A stretch of DNA of 64,000 nt from Blastocystis sp. subtype 4 (lineage: Eukaryota), in NCBI RefSeq assembly GCF_000743755.1, contig NW_014569530.1:1-64000 (forward strand). The letters run 5' to 3'. A program made the position numbers and the translations under genes. The notes under the pieces are model-generated. The model made no database searches. It was not told the origin of the DNA and was given only the letters and a program-made list of their open reading frames with translations. Positions 11,629 through 23,907 of the stretch are shown here, in pieces (the first letter of the stretch is position 1; each line of letters opens with the position of its first letter).

Positions 11629-13474
11629 ATGGATTCATTTGTACAGTCAATCACTACTCAGCATATATGGGAAACAGAGGAATGGAAAGCTTTGAAGGAA
11701 GCTGTTCCATCAATGAAGCAGCTGCATCTCCGTGATCTTCTTCAGGTGAGTTAGGATGGGAGGGATAACTGTTCAGGATGAGAATCGTTTTGATAACTTC
11801 TCTACAGAGCATGAGGATATTATTCTCGATTATTCTCGTCAGAAGTTGACTCCGGAAGTTAAGGGATTGCTATTGAAACTTGCTGAGAGAGCACAAGTGA
11901 AAGAGAAGATGGTAGTTTTGTGATTTGGTGTTGAAAGTAGAACGCTATGATGTCTGGAGTCAAGTTGAATATCACAGAAAACCGTGCCGTTTTGCATACA
12001 GCTCTTCGTGCTACTCCTGAGGAGAAGATCTATGTAGATGGTAAGAACGTGGTTCCCGAGGTGTACGAGGTTCGTGAACACATTAAGAAGTTCTCAGAGG
12101 ATGTTCGTTCCGGTGCTTTCAAGGTTCTTCTTCTCATGAACGATAATCGCTAGGGTTGTACCGGAAAGACTCTGACTACCGTCATATCGGTGGGTATTGG
12201 TGGTAGTTACTTGGGTCCTGAGTTCGTCTATGAGGCTCTGCGCTGGGACCCTGTGGGACACAAGACATCGGAAGGCCGTGAGTTACATTTCGTGGCGAAC
12301 GTGGATCCTCTGGATATGGCTCGTCAAATTGAACACATTGATCCTGAACGTACTCTTGTTGTGATTGTCTCGAAGACCTTTACGACTGCTGAGACGATGT
12401 TGAATGCTCGCTCGTTGCGTCGCTGGCTTCTGGAGAAGCTTGGGTATGTGTTGATGGAATAGCTGATCCTCAGATCGAAGAGTTCCGAGAGTGAAATCAT
12501 TGCTCATCACATGTGTGCTGTGTCTAGCAATATCCCAGCGGCTACTGCCTTTGGTATTGATAAGGAGAATATCTTTGGTTTCTGGGATTGGGTCGGTGGT
12601 CGTTACAGTGTGTGTTCTGCTGTGGGTCTGCTTCCTCTGTCTCTCCACTATGGTTATGAGGTGATGGAAACCTTCTTGGAAGGAGCTCATGATATGGATG
12701 TTCACGCCCGTGAGGCCCCTCTGGAGAAGAATATCCCTGTTCTGCTTGGTTTAATCGGTGTCTGGAATTCAACATTCTTAGAGTATTTGTAGAGATGACG
12801 GGTCATTCTCTAGATACCCCTGCAGAGCGCTTCTTCCTTATTCGCAAGCTCTTCTCCGTTTCCCTGCTCATATCCAGCAGGTTGATATGGAGTCGAATGG
12901 AAAGCGTGTGTCGATGGATGGCACAGCTCTTCCTTTTGACGCTGGAGAAGTGGATTTCGGCGAGCCAGGAACGAACGGTCAACACAGCTTCTATCAGTTG
13001 ATTCATCAGGGCCGTGTAATTCCTTGTGATTTCATTGGCTTCTGTAAGAGTCAGTATCCTCTGTTTGGAGAGGGTGAGACTGTGAGTAATCATGATGAAC
13101 TGATGTCAAACTTCTTCGCTCAACCTGATGCTCTTGCTTATGGTAAGAACTATGAGGATTTGGCTGCTCAAGGCGTTCCTGAGAATCTTCAGGAGCATAA
13201 GTATTTCTCTGGCAATCGACCTTCTTCCTCGTTGTTGTTCAAGGAATTGAATGCTTTCTCTTGTGGCCAGCTGCTCTCGATTTATGAGCATCGTACAGCT
13301 GTTCAGGGATTTGTATGGGGTATTTGTTCATTCGATCAGTGGGGTGTTGAGCTTGGAAAGGTGCTGGCTACTTCGGTTCGTAAGCAGATGCATGAGACTC
13401 GAGAGAATAAGGGTGAGGTGAAAGGATTTAACCCTTCAACGACTTCTCTTCTTAAGAAATATTTAAGTATGTAG
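11629..13474 (+). CDS. GPI: Glucose-6-phosphate isomerase
   Basis: [69 protein letters not shown]. Confidence 0.98.
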
Positions 13475-13477
13475 GAT

Positions 13478-13504
13478 TGTTTGTTTGCAATCTCTCAACA
13501 AACA
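13478..13504. terminator. Back-to-back 3'-end elements of GPI (+, TGTTTGTT 13478-13485) and eIF1A (-, 13497-13504)
   Basis: TGTTTGTT-tgcaatctctc-AACAAACA between convergent stops. Confidence 0.8.
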
Positions 13505-13524
13505 TGGTATCCCTAAGGCAACAC

Positions 13525-14062
13525 TTAAATCTGATCGAACTCAAAAGCACAGTTCTCATCATCAATAGTATCATTCACATCTGTATTCTCAATAGCGACT
13601 ATGGATCACACCTGAGCAACTGTTCCTACCATTATCGGGAATCTCTCCATAAGCCTTGAGTTGACGAGCTTCATCAGCAGTATACTTCATAATCACATCA
13701 GCCTTGTCATCCTGGAAATCTCGAAGTCCAATAAGGACAATGTCACCAACAGTGATCCATTCCTAAGAATAACTGATAAATGCTTCAACAAACCTTCTTT
13801 CTCATCTTGCCACGAATGTTGCACAAACGAGTCTTTCCATCATAACAATACGCTTCGATTCGTCCATTACCGAGCATTTTCTGAACACGACCATATTCTA
13901 GTGGTGAACATGTCTATTCAAGGCTAATACCTTGACCATCCTCCTTAAACTCGAGTTCTCGCTTGTACCCTTCGTTATCGTTCTTTCCACGTTTACGAGT
14001 TTTCCCTCCCTTTCCTAATGATAATTCTTCCCAAAGCAGAACTAACCGGCAGCCTTAGGCAT
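13525..14062 (-). CDS. EIF1A: Eukaryotic translation initiation factor 1A
   Basis: Spliced [12 protein letters not shown]...[23 protein letters not shown]...[34 protein letters not shown]; acidic tail. Confidence 0.96.
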
Positions 14063-14178
14063 GGTTTTGCGGACTTTAAGAATTCTGACCATCCGTTTAG
14101 TCATCCTTGATTATCAATACTTTGCATGATTGAAAGAAACAAATCAATTCATATGGTATCAAATTGAAACAACACTAT

Positions 14179-15884
14179 CTATGAATGTGTGAACGATCCA
14201 GATTGTCTATAGGTGATGCATCTACCAGATTTCAACTGTCGCTTCTTTGCTGTTGCACTCCCAAAAAAGATTCTCTTTCCGTTCACCATCATGCCTTGTC
14301 TCTGTAAAAGCATCGTTACTGGAGCCTGATCCGTGAATTGAACAAAAGCAAATCCTTTCATCTTTCCATCTTGCTGACGAATTATATTGACAGCTTGGAC
14401 CTGTCCAAAGGGTGAAAGTGCCTCCCGAAGAATGTCCTCGGTCATGCTTTCATCCAAACCGCCAACAAATACTTTAAACTGTGAATTGTCGGAATCAGAT
14501 CGTGTTGGAGAACAGATGTGCATATCTACCCGTTTCCCAAAGAATTCATGTTTTGGGATACGAAGAACGTCTTCTAAACTCTATAATATCAAATATACAC
14601 TATTTGCAATACCACACGGGAACGAAATTCCACAAAACCGAAACCGCGAGAAAGACCAGTTTCGCGATTGCGTACAACTATCACACTTCGAACAGGACCA
14701 AACTGCTGGAAATAATTCTTCAGAATGACATCGTTAACTTCAGGAGGCATGCCTCCTACAAAGAGTTTACATTCTTCTGGAGGATCTTCGGTATACTCCT
14801 CAGGTTTCCTCTGCGGAATCGAAGGAATTGAGGAGGTATTTGTAGTAGCTGGATTCATCAATATTGACAACATGGGATTCTGCATGTACATGGCAGATTG
14901 CTGTTGGAACAACATTGGATTCTGCATCATTTGATACATCATTTGTGTGTAATAGTTATAGAGATTTGGATCCATTGTGCCAAACATGTTGTAATAACCA
15001 GCATTTTCGCCTGTGGCTGAGTCGGGAGTTTCAGAGGGAGTGGGGACAGTAGTGAGTGTGGGAGTAGGTTGAAGAGAATTCATATTCATCATCATCATCA
15101 TTTGTTGATAGAGGAGGAACATCTGTTGATAGAGGGCCATTTGATTTGGATCCATAGAGGGCAACGAAGGCATGGTTGGAGCAGAAGGAATGGTAGGAGC
15201 AGTAGGCATGGTTGGAACAGTAGGCATAGTTGGTACTGATGGCATAGTGGAAGTAGCAGGTATGGCAGGAGCTGTTGGTATTGTTGGTACTGATGGCATG
15301 GATGGCAAAACAGGTGCTACGGGCAATGATACTGTGACCGGAGCAGCGGGAAGAGAAGACACAGATGCTGCAGACTGGACAGTAGAAGATACTTGAGAAG
15401 AGGAATCTGGAGTAGAAGGAACATCAACGTGATCTGGTTTCGTTGTTTCTGAGACTAAAGTTACTTCACCTTCTTCTTTCTGGTCAGTTAGCTAACTCTC
15501 ACAATCACATCATTCCCCTACTACATCCTCTAAACGAAACTTCTTGGCTGCAGGATTAGGATGACATTTTTCATCGACAATACCAGCACATTGAAGATTC
15601 CGTTTCTTGGAATTCACTTTCTCCTTAGAATCGTCTGGCAATGATTCTACATGACTGCCAACAGATTCTTCTCTACATATTTCAGTCTTACTTGATGTCT
15701 AGAATCTAAAAATACCTAATCAATTCAAACAGGTTCAAGTTCGACTGGTCGCGGAATCTCACCTTCCTCGAGAGAAGCGAGTGCATCTCCAGATAACGCT
15801 GATTCCCTACAACAGTTATTAGGTACCCAAACAACCACACCCTTTCCCGTGTTCCAATTGATCCATACCTGCTTCTTTTGCCAT
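14179..15884 (-). CDS. Two-RRM RNA-binding protein (Musashi/hnRNP-A-like RRMs) with Pro/Thr/Met- and Gln/Met-rich N-terminus
   Basis: KLFVGGM...SRGFGFVEF and KVFVGGL...KGFAFVQF. Confidence 0.85.
15165..15305 (-). repeat. Degenerate 9-nt coding repeat (P-S/T-M/V/I/A)n
   Basis: Encodes PSMPSVPTIPTAPAIPATSTMPSVPTMPTVPTMPTAPTIPSAPTMPSLPSM. Confidence 0.8.
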
Positions 15885-15989
15885 TTAAAGTATGTTCAAA
15901 TTCAAACTAATCGAGAATAAAGAGAATGGAGACTCTTTTCTTTTCTTCTTTTTAGAGTTCACAAACCGCGGTTATTCAACAAACAGCGG

Positions 15990-17296
15990 AGAGTACAGAT
16001 AATTCGAGTGCTTGTACAGCGAATGATCGTGCATTCGCTTCTCGTAGAGACTGCTCATAGACATCTCGATTAAAGGTATAATGATCTTCTATGGTTACAA
16101 TGAAGTCTATAGGCTGTTTGCACACAGGGCACGTATTCCGTCTCGAATACCATCGTTCCAGACAATCCAAATGGAACACGTGATGACACTTCAGATTGTA
16201 TATGTACTCAGTGTTCTCAAGATCACACATACAAATGGTACATGTTGTAGAAACCTCTGCATTCTCATCAAAGTGATCTTTGGTGTTGTCCAGAATCAGA
16301 CTGTCCATTGTTAACATGTTGAATTTCTGCTTCTTCGTTATTTTATTGGCTAATCGCTCCCTATGTTCCCTGAGACGAGCTTCTTCTAGAAATTACGCAT
16401 CAACTCAAGAATGACTGAATTGAGGAATCCATTCACCAATGGTAATCTCACTATGAGAACCAAGGAGATAGTCAATCTATATTTGAAAAGAATATGGAAG
16501 TGGTACGGAATAGATCTGAGGAAGGACTTCGGGATCAATCATATGCTGTCTCATTTCTTCCACATTCATACTATTCAAATGAGCTCGTAGGTTGAAATGG
16601 TATATAAACAAGACGATGTGAAGTGTCATATAGATATATGCAAATGCGAGAATAACGGTCTCAATTGTATGAGGCCATCGAACTGGCTACAATATAACTA
16701 ATACTCCAATACCTACGCATTGAAGATATACATCCAAATTAAGGGTAGGGGGGATGACAGAAATAGCCAAGCTCAGGAAACAGACAATGAAGAGAGTACA
16801 ACCCAATACCTTCTTTGGGAGTTTTGCATAATGCTTGATCGAATGAACATAGGCATCTGAACAACTAAAAAGAAGAATGCAAAGAGCATTTCCTAACTGA
16901 AAGAACTATGAATTACATCCATGTCACATACTGACACCTAGGTACCCTTCACACTCAATCTTTTGGATAATTAGTATTGTACCACTAACTGCACTGAGTA
17001 ATACAATCAGAGATGTCATAATGATTTGCAAGTAGACAATCCATTTCGATTGGTCGGGAAAGAACAACAACCAATTGATCATTACAAATAGGAGCTGTCA
17101 AGATTTATATTAGTAAAACAGAACCACCCATCAGAGAAGATTCTCTTATTGTTAGCTCAAAACCCCGAGCACATTTCCGAACAAGTATATGACTCTCATT
17201 CTGGAATCGATACAATAGGATAGACAGAAATAATAGAAAATGGGCTGTCTTTCTTGGAGACAGATCATTCAATTCTTTAATAGGATGGATCTCCAT
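15990..17296 (-). CDS. Multi-pass membrane RING-H2 E3 ligase; stop probably completed by poly(A)
   Basis: CTICMCD...LKCHHVFHLDCLERW...CPVCK; hydrophobic N-terminal exons; TGTTTGTT lies 4 nt after an in-frame T at 15990 (genomic TGA at 15976). Confidence 0.82.
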
Positions 17297-17441
17297 GGCT
17301 TCATTTCCCCAAGCAATAGATTTTAAGCATATCTAAATAGAATAAAGTGTGAGAGAGGTTGACAGATAAGAAGTGTAAATAACCGCTTGTTGCGTCAACT
17401 TGTCTCCTCATTTCTAACGTGAAATCGGATGTAGAAAGGAA

Positions 17442-20400
17442 ATGAACCGTTCGGCTCAACTATACAAATCCTCTACTCGACGATTATACTATTTGCTGGC
17501 GCATTGCCGAAGTGCAGTACGGTCTTTTTCAACGTATCCGAGATCTGGCACTCAGAGAACGGGAAAACTGTCCTCAATAGCAGTGGGAGTGATATTGACT
17601 ACAGGAACTGCTGCCGGTCTCATCTACTATCTTGATAGAACGTCTAGACTTCAGTTACTCGAGTTTGCACGTGAACATAAGGGTACTACGTTGCAAGATT
17701 CAACATGGAGAAACTGCATGGCAGTGGCGTTGATTGATTTGTATCGACAGAAGTCAGGTCCTCAAATTGTTCGGCGACTTCACTGTGGAGTTCAACTAGG
17801 ACGGTTAATTGCGAATCCAAAAACGTAGTTGATGATAGATTCAGTGATGTGTAGCTGTACACCCGAAATGATGACAGTACTGTTAATTCTGAGCAATGCA
17901 GATATTACAATATTGATTGATGCCATTGGTCAAGGTGGAGTTATAGTATTAGACAAATTATATGACCACAACAAAAGTGATTGCGAAAATGCTATCATTC
18001 AGTTAATCAAACAAAAGATATCCTATTTCAATGGAGATGATTCTTCCTTAACTTCACCCTCGACCTTTGATTCATCGTCCATCACAAGTAATTGATCATT
18101 TAAGAGAGCATACATCAGATATGTACACAGTGAATGTGATTGTTGGTATTAACATCCAGTTAGCTTTATTATGGCTCCTCCAAGGAGCTGATCTCTCTTC
18201 TGTTTCTTTTGATTCCTTTCCTATACCGCAAGATGATGTGACTATCATACAACTATGTTATCGGTAGGCCCCTCGGAGTATCAAGTTGAAGTATGCTGAA
18301 GTAATCCAACATGCTCAGATCTTGCCAGTAGAGAAGAAACCCACCATTCGTATTCACTGGGAGTGCATCTCATTGTAGAGAGTCGGTTGCGCGATAATGT
18401 ATTTCTTGCTTCGTGGAAAGTGATTCGTTCGTATTTGTCACCTCAGAAAGAAGACCGAACGAAGGTATTCCCTGAAGACTTGAGACTTTTGCATGATACT
18501 CCCATTGCTTCTGTGATTCATGAAGAAGAACTTGAACCTATGTCTCAGGCAATGAATGAATGGGTCACACGTCTTTTAGGATGGTGTAGGGATACGGATC
18601 ATGAGGTTGTGGTACGTACTTATCGTATCATTTATCATAGGATGAGGCATTACGTGCCTTAGCCCACTTCTCAGAGGATCCTCATTGTGCTGTGTATCTA
18701 GCACATACATCTACAGACTTACTCCTTCAGCTCATCGAGGATACAGATACCATTCCTTCGATCACACGTCGTCGTTGTCTCTGCCAGTTGGTTGAAAATC
18801 TCAGTCGAGTCGCACCTACGGACTCATCTCCATACTGCTTCGATCAATATCAGGAGGTTCCAGCAACGGAGATGAAGATTATTGGAGACGATATCGTCCC
18901 TGTTGAAGTGATCCAAACCACCTCAGAGCCTCGTCGTTGGATGAAGAACATTGTTCATATGTGTCTACAACAAGATCCAATTGTTCCAACTCCTCTTCTC
19001 TCTCATCTGTAGCAGCAAGTCGCGGGAATCCAAGTCCTTCAGCAGTACATTCAAAACAGTACTAATCGTGAAGAAATGGCTCTGTTGTATGCGCGGAATC
19101 TCTTGAATATGTTAGAGCCTCAGGCTCGTCCTGTTGTGGCAGAGGAAGCAGAAGCTTATGTGCAACGAGGACAGACCAAAGCCAATAACCGATCGTGGTG
19201 GCAACTTCGTTGTATGCTACGATCTCTGAGTCTGTTCTGTGGCGATGCGCAAATGGCTGAAGTGATGATCTCACGGTAGAATCTCAATGCTGTTGTTATG
19301 AATAGAGGTGTTCTTCAATTCATGAAGTCGCTAACCTATCATGAAGAGAGTTCTGTGTGTGTTCAGATATGTCGTGTGTTGAGTGCATTGACCTGCCAAA
19401 AGAATATGGTGGGCGAATACACAAGAGAAACAATCCGAAATGAATGGTTACCAATTTTACATCAATGGAGTGAACAGAGTGATACCAAGCTTCATTTCTT
19501 TGCTGAGAAGGTTTTATACAATAGTCGAGAGAAGAATGAAGAGGAACACTATTTAGATGAACCTATTTTCTTGTTATATGATAGTGGAGAGGAGGATGTA
19601 TGAATAATGGGAAGTATGAATGAATAGAGAGTAGCAGACATCGTGTTCATTCATGGTCTACAAGGATCCTTCTTCTCTACATGGATGGTTCAAGAACCTA
19701 CTCCTGATTACCACCATGTTCAGTGTTGGCCAGCTCGTTATCTGCCTACATATCTGAAGGAACATGGAGAAACTCATCCTATTCGCATTCTCTCTGTTGG
19801 CTATCATGCTCGGATGAGGAAATCTTCATCACCACATCCCACTCTCTCCGTGACTGAACAAGCCTCCGATTTACGCAACCGATTGGAGTCGGCTGGAATT
19901 GGAGAGAGACCAATAATCTTTGTCACACACAGTATGGGAGGCTTGATAGTCAAAGAGATGCTTGTGGAAGATAGCAAGTAGGAATTGAATTGATCGATGA
20001 GTGGACAGAGATGTGTATTCACCAATTCTGCATCAAACTAAAGCTGTTGTGTTTTATTCCACACCTCATCGCGGAACTCCTCTTCTGAAGAATCAGTTTG
20101 CATTACTAAATCTCATCTTTGGATTCACTCCATTGGTAGGAGATGATTCTCTTGTTTAGTGTAGGTATCAGAACTAAAAGCAGATTCCCCGTGGTTATTG
20201 AAACTGAATGAAGATTTTATGAATCTGATGCCAAAGCCAGAAGTGATGTGTCTGGGTGAGGAATTACCAATGAAGGTTGGAAAGTATGAAGCTGTTATTG
20301 TGCCTCCTACTTCTTCAAATCTTGATGTAAGTGTGAGTGGAGGAAATAAGAGACAGATCGGGTCCTTCACCTTGATGACAGGAACGAATCACATTACCGT

Positions 20401-20605
20401 ATGTAAGCCTAAGGATGAACAGTAAGAGTGAAGAGAGTGTATGAACTGTAGTGATCCTGCCTTTGTTCTTCCTGCACAGTTTATTGCAGAACAATTGGAT
20501 CGGATTGTTAATCTGGATAACATTACAATTGAAGGCCTTGTGAAAAAGGCTCAATTGAAGGGTGAATTGAAACTCTTTACTCAAAACAATGTACCAAATG
20601 AATAA
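17442..20605 (+). CDS. SERAC1-like protein (helical repeats plus alpha/beta hydrolase)
   Basis: DIVFIHGLQG, CWPARYLP, RILSVGY, RPIIFVTHSMGGLIVKEML, STPHRG, NHITVCKP; Arg-rich N-terminus plus TM segment. Confidence 0.85.
18018..18057 (+). other. U12-type AT-AC intron (40 nt) in SERAC1-like gene
   Basis: ATATCCTATT...TTCCTTAACTTCAC with a consensus U12 branch point; joins LIKQK to PRPLIHRPSQ and explains the frame switch between ORFs 17829 and 18067. Confidence 0.93.
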
Positions 20606-20636
20606 TATGTTTGTTGGAAACATGGAAATTACGTAT

Positions 20637-21300
20637 CTAGACAATGACCCAACCATCTTCATCTGGTTGGTTCTTCTTTTTCGGCTCTTCTTCCTCCATG
20701 TCAATCTCTTCATAATCATCTGGATTGTACTCATCATCTCCATCGCAATTTTCATCCTCATAACGCTTGTAATCCTTTGTAGCCTCCAAATATGAGTTCA
20801 CAGAAGGAATGAAATCTACATGGAATCTATATCATTCTTTTACTTTGGTTCTTGTCAATAAAGTTCATTACAACACTCATATCCCCATTCCTGCAAGAAT
20901 TGTAGAAATGAAGCAAGATTTCCGCAATCTAAACTAATAGAGACATATAACAACCGACTTCTTCATCACTTCCATCTTCTAAACTACAGTTGAATGTCTG
21001 ATCCATCTCTCCCAATAGAAAATCGGAAATTTCATCTTTGTAAATTTCTCCATCTTCTACAAATTACAAAATAGGAAATATTCGACTTCCTGTGTTATTC
21101 CACCGTTCCTGGAAGTTCTCCAGTAAATCGTTTTCCATCAGCCGTTTCATCATCAAACTGTCTTCTCCAGCCCATTCATTCTCAACTGCATGAGTGAGTG
21201 TCTACAAATCACACCTCAAATCATCATCAACAGCCCATTTCGCCATAACTAAGCGAATAGCTAAGACTAATGCCTCAAAATTGTTGGTAGGAGCGTTCAT
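20637..21300 (-). CDS. TSR2: Pre-rRNA-processing protein TSR2
   Basis: Spliced KWATLTHAVENEWAGEDS...ISDFLLGEMDQTFNCSLEDGSDEE...DEDGWVIV*. Confidence 0.88.
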
Positions 21301-21393
21301 TTGATGAGTGTGGGGATCCCAATATGAATAGAAGGGTGAAGGGATCCCAACAACTGGGAGGATGGATTCAAAGGCATTTCCTTGTATACATCT

Positions 21394-21692
21394 ATGCCAG
21401 ATTTATTTTCTGCGATTGCTAGTGCTGAGACATGGCTCCCCTATCCTAAGCTGGTTAATTTTGAAGAAAGAGATATGAGGAGTAGATCCTGACTCTGTTC
21501 TTGATCTCATTCACGCTCACTGCTCTCTACATCATCCTTTCGATTCGTATGATCAAGGAAGAACGGGAGGAGAAGCGCCAGAAGAAAGAAGCAGAGAAAG
21601 CTGCTAAGGAAGAAACTTCATCGGAGACAGAATCATCATCACCAAAGACTGAGACCATTCGAAAGAGAGCGAAGAAGGCTGATTGTGAGTAA
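21394..21692 (+). CDS. Small single-pass membrane protein, unknown function
   Basis: MPDLFSAIASAETWLPYPKL, then an intron, ILTLFLISFTLTALYIILSI and a charged tail. Confidence 0.65.
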
Positions 21693-21778
21693 TGTGTCTC
21701 ATCGTTGTCAGGGTTGATTTGTTTGTTTAAATACCTGCTTTCCGGAATATTTTGTTTGAATGGGCTGTTACAAATGAA

Positions 21779-23822
21779 ATGCTTCGATTCTGTAATCTTG
21801 GGAGAATTCGTTTCATGTGATGTGTATTGATGTAATGAAGTAGAGGGATCGATAACAAGGACATTCTGTCGTTCTTCATCTCTCTCACAGCTCGTCCTAT
21901 CTAAGCGTTTTTTCTCCGATGACACATTGAATGGGATGGAGCGAGAGAGAATGGATTATGATGTGGTTATTGTTGGTGTAAGAATACTTGACAAGGGCCT
22001 AATTAGATAGGGAGGGTGTGCTGGATTGTCGACAGCAATTCGATTGAAGGATACTGCAAAGAAGAACAATCTCGATCTTTCTGTTTGCATTCTTGAAAAG
22101 GGAGAGAATATCGGGTCTCACATTCTGAGTGGATGCTTGTTGAATACTCAGGGTCTTTCAGAGTTGATTCCCAATTGGCAAGACATTGTATTCTTAGTTT
22201 TTGGTGTTCATTCTATTAGGAATCTCCTATAAGTCAGAAAGTTACGAAAGAATCGATGCAGTTCCTTCTTGGTGAAGAGAATTCATTTACAGTCCCTTCT
22301 TGGTTAGTCCCACGTACTATGAAACATAGCAACAGTTACATTGTAAGTTTAAGTAGTGTTTGTCGTTGGTTGTCGTCGGTGGCTGAAGAAAGGGGTGTTG
22401 ATGTCTTTCCAGACACGGGAGCAGCTGGTTTATTATATAATGGAGATCATGTTGTTGGTGTATACACTTCAGATAAGGGAGTCAATAAAGACGGTGTTTC
22501 AAAAGAAGACTTTCAGCGAGGTTATGCAATTCATGGGAAGATGTTGGTGTTAGCGGAAGGAGTATTGGGGAATGTGACAGAAGAGGTGTCAAATCGTTAT
22601 AAACTCAAACAGGGTGGTCAGAGAACATATGGATTGGGAATCAAAGAAGTGTGGGAGATCCCAGGATGTGATGAAATCGTTGGAAAGGTGGTTCATACTT
22701 TGGGATATCCGTTGCAGCGTTCTTTTCATGATTCTTTGTTGATGTGAATCAATCCACTAATTTGTAGATATGGAGGTGGGTTTTTATATTTTCAGGCGCC
22801 AAATCAAGTTCATATTGGTTATGTGTGTTATATGATGAGTTCTAACGATTAGATCACCGGTCTGGATTACGAGAATACATATGTGTCTCCTTACGAAGAA
22901 TTCCAATTATTCAAAAAGACAGAGTTTATTTCCTCTCTGTTGCGTCGAGGGGAACGATTAGAATTCGGTGCAAGAACCATTTACGAAGGAGGTGTGTTAG
23001 GCGTATTTAGAGTGATGGAATTTGTGATTTGTAGCAGTTAAAGCCGATATTTCCTGGAGGAGTGATTGTTGGAGAGGGATTGGGAGTGATGAACATGAGT
23101 TCTCTTCAAGGAACAGATAACAGTATCCAGAGTGGAATTGTGGCTGCAGATGCTATTGTGAAGGAATGGAATGCGATTCAGGAAGGATGTCTGCTCCATG
23201 AATATGAGAACCAATTGAAACGAGATTCTTTCATGAAAGAGTTACATCGAACTCGAAGTCTCCGTACGATGTTTGAGAAGGGACTGTTTGCTGGCATGGT
23301 ATATGCAGTAGGGAATAGGAGAGTGTATGATTTCCAGTTCTTCAGTAGTACCTTGTGTTTCAACCACAATCTTTTCACTCATCCAATTTCCAAAGGAGAG
23401 GATTGGGAAAAGACAAAATCAGCGGAGATTTGCAAGAAGTTACCAAACCGTGATTACGAGAAACCCGACGGAGTAGTGAATCGACTTGGTTTTGTAATCA
23501 ACAGGTTGTATCGTTTGATCGAGTGACTTCACTGTCTCTGAGTTGTCTTGATTATCCACAAGATGAATTTGCTCATATTCAGATAAAGAAAGGTGATGAG
23601 AATGTACCGTTAGAAGTGTCATTAAAGAAATATGATGGCCCTGAAGAGCGTTTCTGTCCCGCTCATGTCTATGAGTATGTCAAAATGGAAGATGGAAAAG
23701 TCCAGTTCCAGATTCATAGTGAGAATTGTCTCCACTGTAAGACATGTGTGGTAAAAACACCTCAACAATTCCTTTCATGGAATGTTCCTTCTTCAGGAGG
23801 ACCCAATTACTCAAACATGTAA
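21779..23822 (+). CDS. ETFDH: Electron-transfer flavoprotein:quinone oxidoreductase (ETF-QO) with mitochondrial-type presequence
   Basis: YDVVIVG-GGCAGL, LEKG..IGSHILSG, YGLGIKEVWE, HTLGYPL, EERFCPAHVYE...NCLHCKTC 4Fe-4S site, GGPNYSNM; presequence MLRF...SKRFF. Confidence 0.95.
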
Positions 23823-23907
23823 TTTGTTTTTCGGGTTATTCTTATATTGCGGGTACCTTGTTTGTTCTGATATCAAAATAGACTTGATTTTGGTCAATCT
23901 ATCCAGA

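Noticed and set aside
15172..15396. Collagen-like G-x-x ORF on +
   Set aside because: Antisense of the Pro-x-x repeat in the RRM gene
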